Shown here: piece after piece, positions 18,364 through 28,245 of the stretch
Layout of the letters: each line of letters begins with the position of its first letter
Position numbering within the stretch: the stretch's first letter is position 1
Assembly: GCF_008000775.2 (NCBI RefSeq)
Contig: NZ_CP042905.2
Location: 4,110,001 to 4,142,000, forward strand
From: Promethearchaeum syntrophicum
GTDB taxonomy: Archaea; Asgardarchaeota; Lokiarchaeia; Sigyniarchaeales; Promethearchaeaceae
Direction of reading: 5' to 3'
DNA length: 32,000 nt
The notes under the pieces: model-generated
Database searches by the model: none
What the model was told of the DNA's origin: nothing
The model's input: the letters and a program-made list of their open reading frames with translations, nothing else
Translations under genes and position numbers: made by a program

Positions 18364-18514
18364 GATTATTTCATATATCTTTTTTTTATTTTTAGATTTA
18401 TTAGATCTACTTTTCTGGGGTTTAAACTAACTATAAGTATTTTGAATCGAGAAAAACTTTTATAAGAATAGAACGAATGTAAAATAATTTACGGATTATT
18501 ATGGAGACAATATT

Positions 18515-19057
18515 ATGAATTCAGAAGAAGTAAAAGAAAAGACAAGTTTTGCAATTCAATTGCAAAAGAGACAGATTAAATTTGCAATTATTTGTATATT
18601 CTTTAGTGGATTAGCGGGTGTATTTTTCCGCGAATTTGGGCGTGCTTTTTCTAGTGGACTTTCGAGTTTAGAAGCAATGCATGCGACATTAGCTTTGAGT
18701 CAAACTCATGGACACCTTTTAAATATTGGATTTCTAGTTCCATTAGGATTAGCACTGATCACTTTCTTTGTGAAAGATAAATTAGATGAAAAAGATATGA
18801 AAAAATTAAATCTATGGTTTACAATTTCTATGATAGCAGGTATAGGAACGATTCTTCTCTTGTTCTATAAAGGTATTCATTTTGTGGTTTATTCCAGCTC
18901 ACAATTTGACTTTTCAATCACCGAAATTGATGATTTACTCTATGGAGGAAGTAAAATGATTAGAGCTATGTTAAACGCTATATTTCATACGAGTTATGGA
19001 GGTTCTATTCTTCTTTACACAATTCCAATATTAAAGAGTTTGAAAAAATTGAAGTGA
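18515..19057 (+). CDS. DUF2871-like membrane protein
   Basis: GLAGVFFREFGRAF...TLALSQTHGHLLNIGFLVPLGLALITFFV, further TM helices. Confidence 0.7.
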   Translation: MNSEEVKEKTSFAIQLQKRQIKFAIICIFFSGLAGVFFREFGRAFSSGLSSLEAMHATLALSQTHGHLLNIGFLVPLGLALITFFVKDKLDEKDMKKLNLWFTISMIAGIGTILLLFYKGIHFVVYSSSQFDFSITEIDDLLYGGSKMIRAMLNAIFHTSYGGSILLYTIPILKSLKKLK

Positions 19058-19161
19058 ATTTTACCTTTATTCTTAATAATAATACCTGATGTGAAAAATA
19101 CCAACTGATATTTTAACATCTTATTTCTATATTGCATTTTCATAATAGGCTTATTCAAAAA

Positions 19162-19989
19162 CTATAAATCAAAATTGATAATAGACTTATTATAGTGATC
19201 ATAAGGATGATGATTCTTACTTCTTATCGACCAAATAGCTGTGGTTGGGCATAAATTAACACAACCATTACAACCAACACATTTCCATTCATTAAATTTT
19301 GGTATTTTTGAAACTGTGAGGGTTATTGCACCACTTGGACAGATTGTAGTAGCACAAAGCCCACACATTTTGCATTTTGATTTATCTACATGTTTTAATC
19401 CAACAGTTAATGCCATTTCCCAGCGCCAAGTAAAAAATATTGACCATATTGAAGTTACTATCTGAAAATTAGGAATCCACTTCTTATTTTTCGAAAAAGA
19501 ACTCAAATTTTTGATTTTTTCCAAACGATCCAGAATTAAATTCCCAAATTGTTGCGCTTGTTCACAATCCCCATGATTTAATCCCCAAAATTTTGGTTTT
19601 GGACTTGAAAGTTTGGGCATCCAAGATCGAATATTTGTAATTCCGATTCCATCTATAAAACCTAAACAATACCCCCCCGTTCGCTTAACACTCTTATAAA
19701 GATTCCATAATGTATTACCTGGCATTCCACCACTAGTACAGAAGAGAAAAAAAGGTTTTTTCTGGAAATCTTGATGGTGTAAAATCCTAGTTACCAATCG
19801 AGGAGCGCGAAACGAATATGTTTGAGAACCAATTCCAACAATATCATATTTTGTTAGATCTACTTGTAAATCACTTTTGATGCGTATTAAATCTACAACA
19901 TTTTTATGATATTGAAATCCTTTGGCAATTTCGGTAGCGAAATTTGCAGTAATACCAGTCCCGGAAAAAAATAAAAGAGCAACTTTCAT
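19162..19989 (-). CDS. Flavodoxin-like domain fused to 2x[4Fe-4S] ferredoxin (EFR1-type)
   Basis: LLFFSGTGITANFATEIAKGF; CKMCGLCATTICPSGAI and CVGCNGCVNLCPTTAI. Confidence 0.85.
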   Translation of the reverse strand: MKVALLFFSGTGITANFATEIAKGFQYHKNVVDLIRIKSDLQVDLTKYDIVGIGSQTYSFRAPRLVTRILHHQDFQKKPFFLFCTSGGMPGNTLWNLYKSVKRTGGYCLGFIDGIGITNIRSWMPKLSSPKPKFWGLNHGDCEQAQQFGNLILDRLEKIKNLSSFSKNKKWIPNFQIVTSIWSIFFTWRWEMALTVGLKHVDKSKCKMCGLCATTICPSGAITLTVSKIPKFNEWKCVGCNGCVNLCPTTAIWSIRSKNHHPYDHYNKSIINFDL

Positions 19990-20120
19990 TATATTTCAAA
20001 AACTTTGATCATTTATTAAAATAAATGAATTGTAAATTAAGAAAAAAAAATTCATCCATGTTTGAGTACAAGCATAGTGAATATATAATAATTTTTTATA
20101 ATTGAACGAATTCAATAAAG

Positions 20121-20486
20121 TTAATTTATTTCTAATCTTTGGGCATCTTTATAGGGATCAGGGCAATCAACTGGAACATCTACTGTCAATATCCCATTAT
20201 CATATCTTGCAATCGATTTTTCATCTAATTTGGCCGTACAAGAGAATAAATATTCTGAAACAAAGTCTGTACTCTCATTGCGATGAGCAATCATCCTAAT
20301 TCTGTCTTTTGTGACATCCAAATGAATTTTATCCTTTTCTACTCCAGGAATTTCGAAAGTTAATGTTTCGACATTCCCTTTATCATCTTCATCTGAGCAC
20401 CCACAGTCACAAGTCGGACAAGCTGGTACCCATATTTTTCTTTTAAAAGTGGTTTTTTTCGTTTCTTTAGTTTTTTCTTTATCCAT
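20121..20486 (-). CDS. Hsp20/alpha-crystallin-like protein with cysteine-rich N-terminus
   Basis: TLTFEIPGVEKDKIHLDVTKDRIRMIAHR...KSIARYDNGILTVDVPV; N-terminal ACPTCDCGCSDED. Confidence 0.7.
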   Translation of the reverse strand: MDKEKTKETKKTTFKRKIWVPACPTCDCGCSDEDDKGNVETLTFEIPGVEKDKIHLDVTKDRIRMIAHRNESTDFVSEYLFSCTAKLDEKSIARYDNGILTVDVPVDCPDPYKDAQRLEIN

Positions 20487-20730
20487 TATTTTTCACCTTA
20501 GAACATTTGGAATTTTCGGATATATTAATAGATTTCACCAAAAACTCATTCAAATAGATACCTCTTACAGTTTAAAAGGGGAATAAGCGAATAACTAATA
20601 AAAAATTATTAATGATTTTAATCAAGGATAGTATTATCAAAAGTCTACATTTTTTTTTCAATAACGTTTTGTAAATTTTAATAATTTTCAATTAAATTTG
20701 TACTCGAAAAAAAAAATTTTGCATCTTTCA

Positions 20731-21057
20731 CTAGCCACCACCCACTGGAGGAAAAATAGCTACAATAGACTTATTCTTAGTAATCGGAGTATCTAAAATA
20801 TTTTCTCCCATCAAAATTCTCCCGTCAATTAATATTTTTACATATGGAAGAATATCATTTTTCTCAAAATCAATGATGTTTCGAAGAAACTCAGGTCCAT
20901 TAGGATATTTTTCGTTAATAATATGCAAAAAATCTCTAATTGAAGATCCTTTTAAGATATCTATGAAAACTATCTTGAATCCTAAAATATCGCGTAGATT
21001 TGCGAATATCCTGAATTCAATTTTAATTATTTCTTGCATAATCCTATCAATTGTCAT
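20731..21057 (-). CDS. MoaD/ThiS-like sulfur carrier
   Basis: RIFANLRDILGFKIVFIDILKGSSIRDFLHIINEKYP...ILIDGR...VAIFPPVGGG* ubiquitin-fold carrier tail. Alternative start at 21039. Confidence 0.85.
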   Translation of the reverse strand: MTIDRIMQEIIKIEFRIFANLRDILGFKIVFIDILKGSSIRDFLHIINEKYPNGPEFLRNIIDFEKNDILPYVKILIDGRILMGENILDTPITKNKSIVAIFPPVGGG

Positions 21058-21072
21058 AATTGTTTTAAAATT

Positions 21073-22377
21073 TTAAAATATACAATTCACTAAGCCAACA
21101 CTATAAAGACATTCATTACACCCTGGACTATTCCCATAACAATCAGAATCGTTGTTTGAAACAAAAAAACAGTTGGTTGTTGAATAAAGACAATCTCCAG
21201 ACCAAGGAATATTTTTTGAGATATTTAGTAATATTTTTCGAAAATTATAATAGTCTTTCCCTTGAACAATTTCATCTAAAGATTCAGTGTGTAAATTACC
21301 AAATGACAATTCCTTTACATATCTTTCATGATTATTTATAAAAACCTTATGATTATGGAGGAAATTATAACATGTTGCAACATCACCATTAACTCTAACA
21401 ATAATTGCATTTCGACTAACATATGGACACACTCTCTTACTAAGCATTGGAAATATCTCGGGTAGTTCTAAATAAACCTTATTTTTTTTTGCTAATCCCC
21501 TTGTTTTATTAAAAACTCTTTCCGTTTCAATAGCTAAATCAAATTTTTTGCTGGCATCAAAAATAAGAGGAGGATTGGTTTCGATTCCATGTTCTCGAAT
21601 TCTTTTCCAAATATCTTCAACATTATTAGTTGCCTTTATTAACGCATCTGTAGATACTTCTGCTCCTACGGGATCAAACATAGTTTTTTGGAAGATTTCC
21701 CATCCTTTACCAACTATCTCTTGTGAAATTTCCCAAGATTCTTTTGATACTGTAAAATAAAGGGTTTCTAAAAGCATACTTTCATCATATGGTAAAACAT
21801 GCGAAACATAAATTGAATCAACATTAAATTCGGAACAATATTCAATAAGATATGGGAGATCGTGCAGATTTGATCGCATAATTACAGTTTCAATAGCTAA
21901 TTCTGCTATTTTTCCTTCTTTTCTTTGTTTGGATAGATATTGAAAATTGCTTGTAATCTGATCTTCTTGGATCCCCGAACGAATTTCTTTTAGTTTCATA
22001 AAATTCGAGGTATCGAATGAAACAATAATTTTATTTATGTTATTCAATAAAATTTTATCAATTTTCTCGGGGGTTAATAAGGATCCATTAGTTGTAAAAT
22101 CAATTTTGCCATCTTTAGGTAGATATTTCCGAGAATATTTGACAAGTTTTTCAAAATCTGGATGCATTAAGGGTTCTCCATGACCATAAAGCACAACTTT
22201 TTTTATTTTTGGAAAAATCTGTTCAGCCATTGCTTCAAATTGCTCAAGAGGCATATTTTGATAATGACCTTTCTGAAAATTTCGTAAACACATTTTGCAA
22301 TGAAAGTTGCAGTTGGTTGTAATCTCTATTTGAACAATATCGGGATAAAAAGGAGATTTTTCTTCAAAATATTGCAT
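21073..22377 (-). CDS. Radical SAM protein, probable tungsten-cofactor oxidoreductase maturase
   Basis: IEITTNCNFHCKMC (CxxxCxxC), YGHGEPLMHPDF, FTTNGSLL, C-terminal Cys-rich SPASM-like region (CLYSTTNC...CYGNSPGCNEC); adjacent to AOR and MoaD-like genes. Confidence 0.85.
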   Translation of the reverse strand: MQYFEEKSPFYPDIVQIEITTNCNFHCKMCLRNFQKGHYQNMPLEQFEAMAEQIFPKIKKVVLYGHGEPLMHPDFEKLVKYSRKYLPKDGKIDFTTNGSLLTPEKIDKILLNNINKIIVSFDTSNFMKLKEIRSGIQEDQITSNFQYLSKQRKEGKIAELAIETVIMRSNLHDLPYLIEYCSEFNVDSIYVSHVLPYDESMLLETLYFTVSKESWEISQEIVGKGWEIFQKTMFDPVGAEVSTDALIKATNNVEDIWKRIREHGIETNPPLIFDASKKFDLAIETERVFNKTRGLAKKNKVYLELPEIFPMLSKRVCPYVSRNAIIVRVNGDVATCYNFLHNHKVFINNHERYVKELSFGNLHTESLDEIVQGKDYYNFRKILLNISKNIPWSGDCLYSTTNCFFVSNNDSDCYGNSPGCNECLYSVGLVNCIF

Positions 22378-22454
22378 TAATAACTCACAGACTCCGATTC
22401 CTTTTTAAATAATTCATTAAAAGTTAAAAAAAAAAAGAAAATTTAATTAATTTT

Positions 22455-24308
22455 TTATAAACTCAATTCAAGTTCCAGCAATTTTTCAGGTGTAGGAATA
22501 CCTTCAGAGGTCCACCCTCGTAATTTATAATATTCAGGTAACATTTTCCCTAAATCTTCAATTTCTCCTTTTGATGGTCCATCAGGTAATGGAACTTCTA
22601 ATAAGCGCTTGGGCAGAGTATCTTGATTCTTGATACCTAGTTTACCCATAATTAGCCGTTCTAAGTTGTAAATACGCTCCCCTATGAGTAATACATCAGA
22701 ATCTTTAATATCCCAGCCAGTTGTTGTGGTTAAAAGATCTCCAAAATCAGCAGCCCCCAAAGCAAATGTTGTAAATAAGCAATTCACAACAGAATTTACG
22801 GTGCTAGTAAAGTCTTGGAAAATTTTTACCCAAAGTGCTTTACCTTCATAAGAAAGGCGATCTAATTGTTCGGGTAAGCCCACTACTTCCGGAGCAATAG
22901 TATAACCCGTAACATGGCAGCCTCCTCGATTTGATGTAGCATAATTTAATCCAATTCCTTTAACTCCCCTCGGATCATAGGCAGGAGCTTCTAAACCTTT
23001 CATAGACATCGATAGTTCTGGATGTCCATACATTGTCGCTAATTTTCGGGAACCTAAAGCTAATTTTTTACCAAATCCGGAGTTCAATCCCATTAATTTA
23101 ACACTTTCCACTAATCCAGCCCCACTTCCAAATTTCAAATCAAGTCCTGCATAATCTTCTGCAGGAATATATCCTTTTTCTGCAAGTTCCATTGCACACG
23201 CAATAGTTGAGCCAGCAGTAATAGTGTCAAGACCATATTTATTACATAAATGATTTGCCATAATTATTGCAGCTAAATCCATGACACCACAAGAATTCCC
23301 AAATGCCCAAATGGATTCATACTCAGGTCCTTCAGAATAATCAAGTTTGAAAGGACCTTCTTTAACTGATACAACCCTTCCACAACTAATAGTGCAACCC
23401 CAACAAGGCATATTCTTAATCAAATAATCTTTTGCGAGAGTTTCTCCACTAATCATATCGGCTTTTTCATTATAAGCACTTTGCCAATTATTAAATGGAA
23501 GAGCTCCAATATTATTTATTATATTTACTAAAACTGCAGTTCCATAAGTTGGAAGCCCCGTCCCAGTTACACCATTTTCTTTTAACGATGCATAACAACG
23601 TTTTGAAATTTCTTTAAATGCCTCTGGTTTAGCTATTTCAACTTTAGCTTCTCCACCAACTATAATCGCTTTCAAATTTTTAGAACCCATTACAGCCCCT
23701 ACACCAGTTCTACCCGCAGCCCGATGTTCATCATTGATAATACATGCAGTAGGGAGCAAATTTTCCCCAGGTTGAGCTATGCATGAAACGCTTAAATTTA
23801 AACCCTCAATATTATGTTTCTCTTTAAGGAGAGCATCCGTTTCAAATGCATTTTTACCCCATAATTCGGAAGCATCTTCAAGTTTTAATTCTCCATTAAT
23901 TACAACAAGATATTTTGGTGTCTCTGCTTTTCCTTCAACAATAATTCCATCATATCCTGCCATTTTCAAGTATGCCCCCCAGCTTCCTCCTGAATTTGCC
24001 GAACCAATTGAACCTGTTAATGGAGCCTTAAGTGTCATAACATGATGTCTTCCAGAGCATGGAAATCCGGTGACTGCAGTTCCTGGTCCTGTAGCAAAAA
24101 CGAGGAGATTATCCGGTGAGAGTGCATCTAATTCAGCTATGTTAATTCCTTTTGCTTCAAGTTTTTTTAGGTGATCCCAGATTAATCGAGTCCCAATCCC
24201 TTTCCCACCTAAGAATTTCTTGAAGTAATTTTCATCTATATCTGCGATACCAATTATTCCCTTACTTAAATTTACCGTCGCAAATTTTCCCATAAAACCA
24301 TTTGCCAT
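22455..24308 (-). CDS. Aldehyde ferredoxin oxidoreductase family tungstoenzyme
   Basis: MGKFATVNLSKG, GGKGIGTRLIWD, GSANSGGSWGAYLKMAGYDGIIVEG, MPCWGCTISCGR (CxxCxxxC), DPRGVKGIGLNYATSNRGGCHVTGY, distal VVNCLFTTF cysteine. ORF open to 24344. Confidence 0.95.
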   Translation of the reverse strand: MANGFMGKFATVNLSKGIIGIADIDENYFKKFLGGKGIGTRLIWDHLKKLEAKGINIAELDALSPDNLLVFATGPGTAVTGFPCSGRHHVMTLKAPLTGSIGSANSGGSWGAYLKMAGYDGIIVEGKAETPKYLVVINGELKLEDASELWGKNAFETDALLKEKHNIEGLNLSVSCIAQPGENLLPTACIINDEHRAAGRTGVGAVMGSKNLKAIIVGGEAKVEIAKPEAFKEISKRCYASLKENGVTGTGLPTYGTAVLVNIINNIGALPFNNWQSAYNEKADMISGETLAKDYLIKNMPCWGCTISCGRVVSVKEGPFKLDYSEGPEYESIWAFGNSCGVMDLAAIIMANHLCNKYGLDTITAGSTIACAMELAEKGYIPAEDYAGLDLKFGSGAGLVESVKLMGLNSGFGKKLALGSRKLATMYGHPELSMSMKGLEAPAYDPRGVKGIGLNYATSNRGGCHVTGYTIAPEVVGLPEQLDRLSYEGKALWVKIFQDFTSTVNSVVNCLFTTFALGAADFGDLLTTTTGWDIKDSDVLLIGERIYNLERLIMGKLGIKNQDTLPKRLLEVPLPDGPSKGEIEDLGKMLPEYYKLRGWTSEGIPTPEKLLELELSL

Positions 24309-24598
24309 ATTTATCACTAAAATTAATTTTGTATAATTATTCAAAAAAAAATATTACCGTTTTTTATATTAAAGGAATGCAAATAAAAGTCTTATTACAT
24401 TTTATGTATAATTTTGACGTTATGGTTAAGTAAACATATCGGTAAAACGATGACTGTAATAAAAAAGGGTAGTGTAGTTACATATTTTTGATCGGAAGTA
24501 AAACAAACGTGATGAAAAAACTGCATTCAATTTTTTGTAACTGTTTTGAAAATTTTAACAACTTTCAAATATAATTTATATATATTAAAGTAAAGATT

Positions 24599-26560
24599 TT
24601 GTTAGAAAGGTCGTTTAAATTGAAAACAGATTTTAATTATGAATCACTTGGGCTAAAAATTGGATTGGAAATTCATCAACAACTCGATTCAAAAAAGAAA
24701 CTCTTTTGTAATTGCCCAAATGAATTACAGGGAACTCGGGCACCTGATTTTACTATTTTAAGAAAACAGAGACCAGTTTTGGGGGAAGAAGGAAAATTCG
24801 ATAAGGGAATGCTGGTAGAATTTTTAAAAAAAGGATCAATAGTCTACGAGGGATATTATGATTGTACGTGCACATATGAGTTGGATGAGACCCCACCGTT
24901 CCATTATGATGAAGAATGCTTAGATATTACTTTGGAAATCTGTGCACTCTTCAAAATGGAGATAATTCGGGAAGCGCATGTATGCCGAAAAAACTATGTA
25001 GATGGTAGTGTTCCCGCGGGATTTCAAAGAACTATGGAAATTGGACAAAATGGAAAGCTTCTCTTAAAAACTGGAAAAGAAATTGGAATTGAAAACATTT
25101 TTCTTGAAGAAGATGCAGCGCGAAGGATTAAAACTGAGGGAAAAACATCATACTTTCGAGTTGATCGTCTTGGGGTTCCGTTAAATGAAATCACCACAGC
25201 ACCAGAAATTCATACCCCAGAAGAGGCAAAAGATGCTGCCTATCGTATAGGATTATTATTGCGGTCTGCAAATAAAGTTAAACGTGTGATTGGTTCTACT
25301 CGTCAGGATATTAATATTTCAATAAAAGGAGGAGAAAGGATAGAGATAAAAGGTGTTCAAAAATTGGATTGGATACCCTTATTAGTAAATTTTGAATGTC
25401 AACGTCAGTTATCCTTAATTGAAATTAAGAAAAATCTTAAAAAAAAGAATTTAAAATCGAGTGTTATTAAAAAAGAGACAAAAGATTTATCGAAATTTTT
25501 CAAAAATACTCCATGTAGGTTTGTTAAGAAAGGAATAAAAAATGGGCAGAAACTAATAGCGATGAAAATACCTGGATTTAAGGGAATATATGGAAAAGAA
25601 TTAAATCCAAAAAGGCGATTTGGTACGGAAGTGGCAGAAAAAATAAAAATTCTTACAGGATTACAAGGTTTGATTCATTCTGATGAAGATTTACAAGGGA
25701 AATATAAATTTACTGAAAAAGAAATTAAGAAAATTAAAGCAGAATTGAAAATTGAAGAAAATGATCTTTTTATTTTACTATTAGCAAAAGGAAGACCACT
25801 AGATGATGCATTAGATATTATTATCGAGAGAACTAAACAAGCATTCAACGGAGTTCCGGAAGAAACTCGACGAGCGCAAGATGATGGTACTCATATATTT
25901 TTAAGGGAGCTTGGTGGTGGAAAACGGTTATATCCTGATACAGACACTCAGTCATTTATAATATCTGAAGAGAGAATTCAAAAAATAAACCAATCTATTG
26001 GTGCTTATCCATGGGATATTATTGATGAATATTCGAAAAAATATAAATTATCAGGGGAACTCTTTGAAAATCTAATAATGACGGGAAAGCTACAATTATT
26101 TGATAAATTAATAAAAATTTTACCTGATAATCCTACTTTAGTCATTAGAACAATTACAGATATGCTCAAAGTCCTACACCGAGAAAATAGAAATATAAAA
26201 CAATTAACAGAAAAACATTTTTCAACCCTTCTTAAAGGACTTAAAAAGGGAGTAATTGCCAAAGAAGCTCTCGAATCAATTTTACGAATTTGGATAGATT
26301 TTCCCGAATTAACGCTAGAAAAGGCTAAGAAAAAAGCGGGAATCACAAGTTTTGATCTTAAAAATCTGGATGAAATTATTCAAGATATTATTGATAAAAA
26401 TATTGATTTAATAAAAACACGCGGAAAGGGTGCAACAGGACCATTAATGGGAGATGTAATGAAAAAAATAGGGCGAGGGGTTGTAGATGGTAAAATTTTA
26501 TCCTCTAAACTACAAGAATTAATGATTCCTTATCTTACTAATAAAAAAGGAGGCAAATAG
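24599..26560 (+). CDS. gatE: Glu-tRNA(Gln) amidotransferase subunit E, copy 2
   Basis: YESLGLKIGLEIHQQLDSKKKLFCNC, DGSVPAGFQRT, EEDAARRIK, IGSTRQDINISIKGG, FNGVPEETRRAQDDGTHIFLRELGGGKRLYPDTDT. Start is TTG; 24620 (also TTG) is a plausible alternative. Confidence 0.95.
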   Translation: MLERSFKLKTDFNYESLGLKIGLEIHQQLDSKKKLFCNCPNELQGTRAPDFTILRKQRPVLGEEGKFDKGMLVEFLKKGSIVYEGYYDCTCTYELDETPPFHYDEECLDITLEICALFKMEIIREAHVCRKNYVDGSVPAGFQRTMEIGQNGKLLLKTGKEIGIENIFLEEDAARRIKTEGKTSYFRVDRLGVPLNEITTAPEIHTPEEAKDAAYRIGLLLRSANKVKRVIGSTRQDINISIKGGERIEIKGVQKLDWIPLLVNFECQRQLSLIEIKKNLKKKNLKSSVIKKETKDLSKFFKNTPCRFVKKGIKNGQKLIAMKIPGFKGIYGKELNPKRRFGTEVAEKIKILTGLQGLIHSDEDLQGKYKFTEKEIKKIKAELKIEENDLFILLLAKGRPLDDALDIIIERTKQAFNGVPEETRRAQDDGTHIFLRELGGGKRLYPDTDTQSFIISEERIQKINQSIGAYPWDIIDEYSKKYKLSGELFENLIMTGKLQLFDKLIKILPDNPTLVIRTITDMLKVLHRENRNIKQLTEKHFSTLLKGLKKGVIAKEALESILRIWIDFPELTLEKAKKKAGITSFDLKNLDEIIQDIIDKNIDLIKTRGKGATGPLMGDVMKKIGRGVVDGKILSSKLQELMIPYLTNKKGGK

Positions 26561-26562
26561 AT

Positions 26563-27954
26563 ATGAGTAATTCAACAAAAAATGAGTTTGAAGGATATAA
26601 ACCGCAATCTATTAAAATTTTGAAGAAATTTGGCGCAAAAACTTGGAGTAAAATTCGAATAAAAACGAAATCAAATACAATTCCATCAGAAGGAATTATT
26701 TTACCACGAAATCAGTTTGCTCCAGATGGATTCGTGGAAATTAAACTTAAAAACGGCTATAACATCGGAATCCCTTTGGATTCGACTACAGAAATTGAAG
26801 TATTAAGTCAAGAGCCTAAAATGGAAGTTAAATTTGATCCTACCAAAATATCCAAAAATAAGAAATTACCCAATATTGCATTATTAGGAACTGGAGGAAC
26901 AATTTCTTCAAGATTAGATTATGTAACTGGGGCTGTTATTCCAGCGTTTGAACCATCTGAACTATATACAGCTGTTCCAGAATTAGCAAATGTTTGTAAT
27001 CTTGAAACCGATGTTGTGTTTAAAATTTTCTCTGAAAATATGAAACCGAAATATTGGTTGAAATTAGCAAAAAATATTGCTAAAAAAGTTAATGCGGGTG
27101 TCGATGGTATAATGATTGCACATGGAACAGATACACTTGCTTATTCATCTGCAGCACTATCATTTCTATTAAGCGATTTAAAAGTTCCAGTAGTTCTTGT
27201 TGGTTCCCAGAGGTCAAGTGACCGACCATCTTCGGATGCAGCGATGAATTTATTAAATGCAGCTACAGTAGCCGGAAACGCGGATTTAGCGGAAGTTGTA
27301 GTTAGCATGTTAGGATCATCGGCTCATGATTATGGATTAATTCATCGTGGAACTCGCGTTCGAAAAATGCATTCCTCGACCAGGCATGCTTTTCGTTCAA
27401 TTGATTCTTCACCATTGGGTATGGTTCGTGATGGAGAGATTAAATTCTTTACAGAAGATATAAAAAGAAGACCTAATAACGATATTGAAACAACTGCTGC
27501 AAAAAATATTGAAGAGAAGATTGGATTAATTTATGGATACCCTGGAATATCTTGTGAATTAATTGATTTTTATGTAGATAAAGGATATAAGGGTCTTGTT
27601 TTAGCAGGTACTGGATTGGGTCATTTTCCAAATGATACTTTCAACTCTCTTAAACGCGCAGTGGATGAAGAAATTCCTGTAGTGATGACCGTTCAAACAA
27701 TCTGGGGTTATACTGGAATGGATGTTTACGAACCTGGAAGGAAAATGCAAGCTATTGGTGTGATACCAGGACAGAATATGATTCCAGAAGTCGCTTTTGC
27801 AAAATTATCGTGGATATTGGGGAATTATGATAACCCAGTAGAGATTAAAAAATTAATTACAACTGATATTGCCGGTGAAATTACAGCAAGAGAACCTATG
27901 AATGGATATCAGATCCTTCAAGGAGTGGAAGATCAGATAAACTTTTTAAAATAG
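26563..27954 (+). CDS. gatD: Glu-tRNA(Gln) amidotransferase subunit D, copy 2
   Basis: LLGTGGTISSRLDYVTGAVIPAF, MIAHGTDTLAYSSAALSFLL, VLVGSQRSSDRPSSDA, HRGTRVRKMHSSTRHAFRS, GYTGMDVYEPG. Confidence 0.95.
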   Translation: MSNSTKNEFEGYKPQSIKILKKFGAKTWSKIRIKTKSNTIPSEGIILPRNQFAPDGFVEIKLKNGYNIGIPLDSTTEIEVLSQEPKMEVKFDPTKISKNKKLPNIALLGTGGTISSRLDYVTGAVIPAFEPSELYTAVPELANVCNLETDVVFKIFSENMKPKYWLKLAKNIAKKVNAGVDGIMIAHGTDTLAYSSAALSFLLSDLKVPVVLVGSQRSSDRPSSDAAMNLLNAATVAGNADLAEVVVSMLGSSAHDYGLIHRGTRVRKMHSSTRHAFRSIDSSPLGMVRDGEIKFFTEDIKRRPNNDIETTAAKNIEEKIGLIYGYPGISCELIDFYVDKGYKGLVLAGTGLGHFPNDTFNSLKRAVDEEIPVVMTVQTIWGYTGMDVYEPGRKMQAIGVIPGQNMIPEVAFAKLSWILGNYDNPVEIKKLITTDIAGEITAREPMNGYQILQGVEDQINFLK

Positions 27955-27956
27955 GT

Positions 27957-28238
27957 TTAGGATTTAACAATTTTCATTTTTTTCCCGCATTTTCTACAAA
28001 TAAAATCTTCATCAGTTAATACTCTTTTTTTTAATGTGCGTTTATACCCACATCTTGCAGTACAAGATAAATGGAATTTTTTTCTCTCTAATTCAAGTTT
28101 TGAAGTTTGTATATCTGATTTTTTTTTTTTACTTGTTGATTTTTTAGCTTTAGCTTTCTCAGTTGCTTTACTTTTAGTTGTTTTCTTTGATACCTTTTTT
28201 TTTGGTTTCGTAAATCGATCTAATGACATTATTTTCAC
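27957..28238 (-). CDS. Lysine-rich protein with C-terminal zinc ribbon
   Basis: KPKKKVSKKTTKSKATEKAKAKKSTSKKKK followed by CTARCGYKRTLKKRVLTDEDFICRKCGKKM. Confidence 0.7.
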   Translation of the reverse strand: MKIMSLDRFTKPKKKVSKKTTKSKATEKAKAKKSTSKKKKSDIQTSKLELERKKFHLSCTARCGYKRTLKKRVLTDEDFICRKCGKKMKIVKS

Positions 28239-28245
28239 CTATTTA

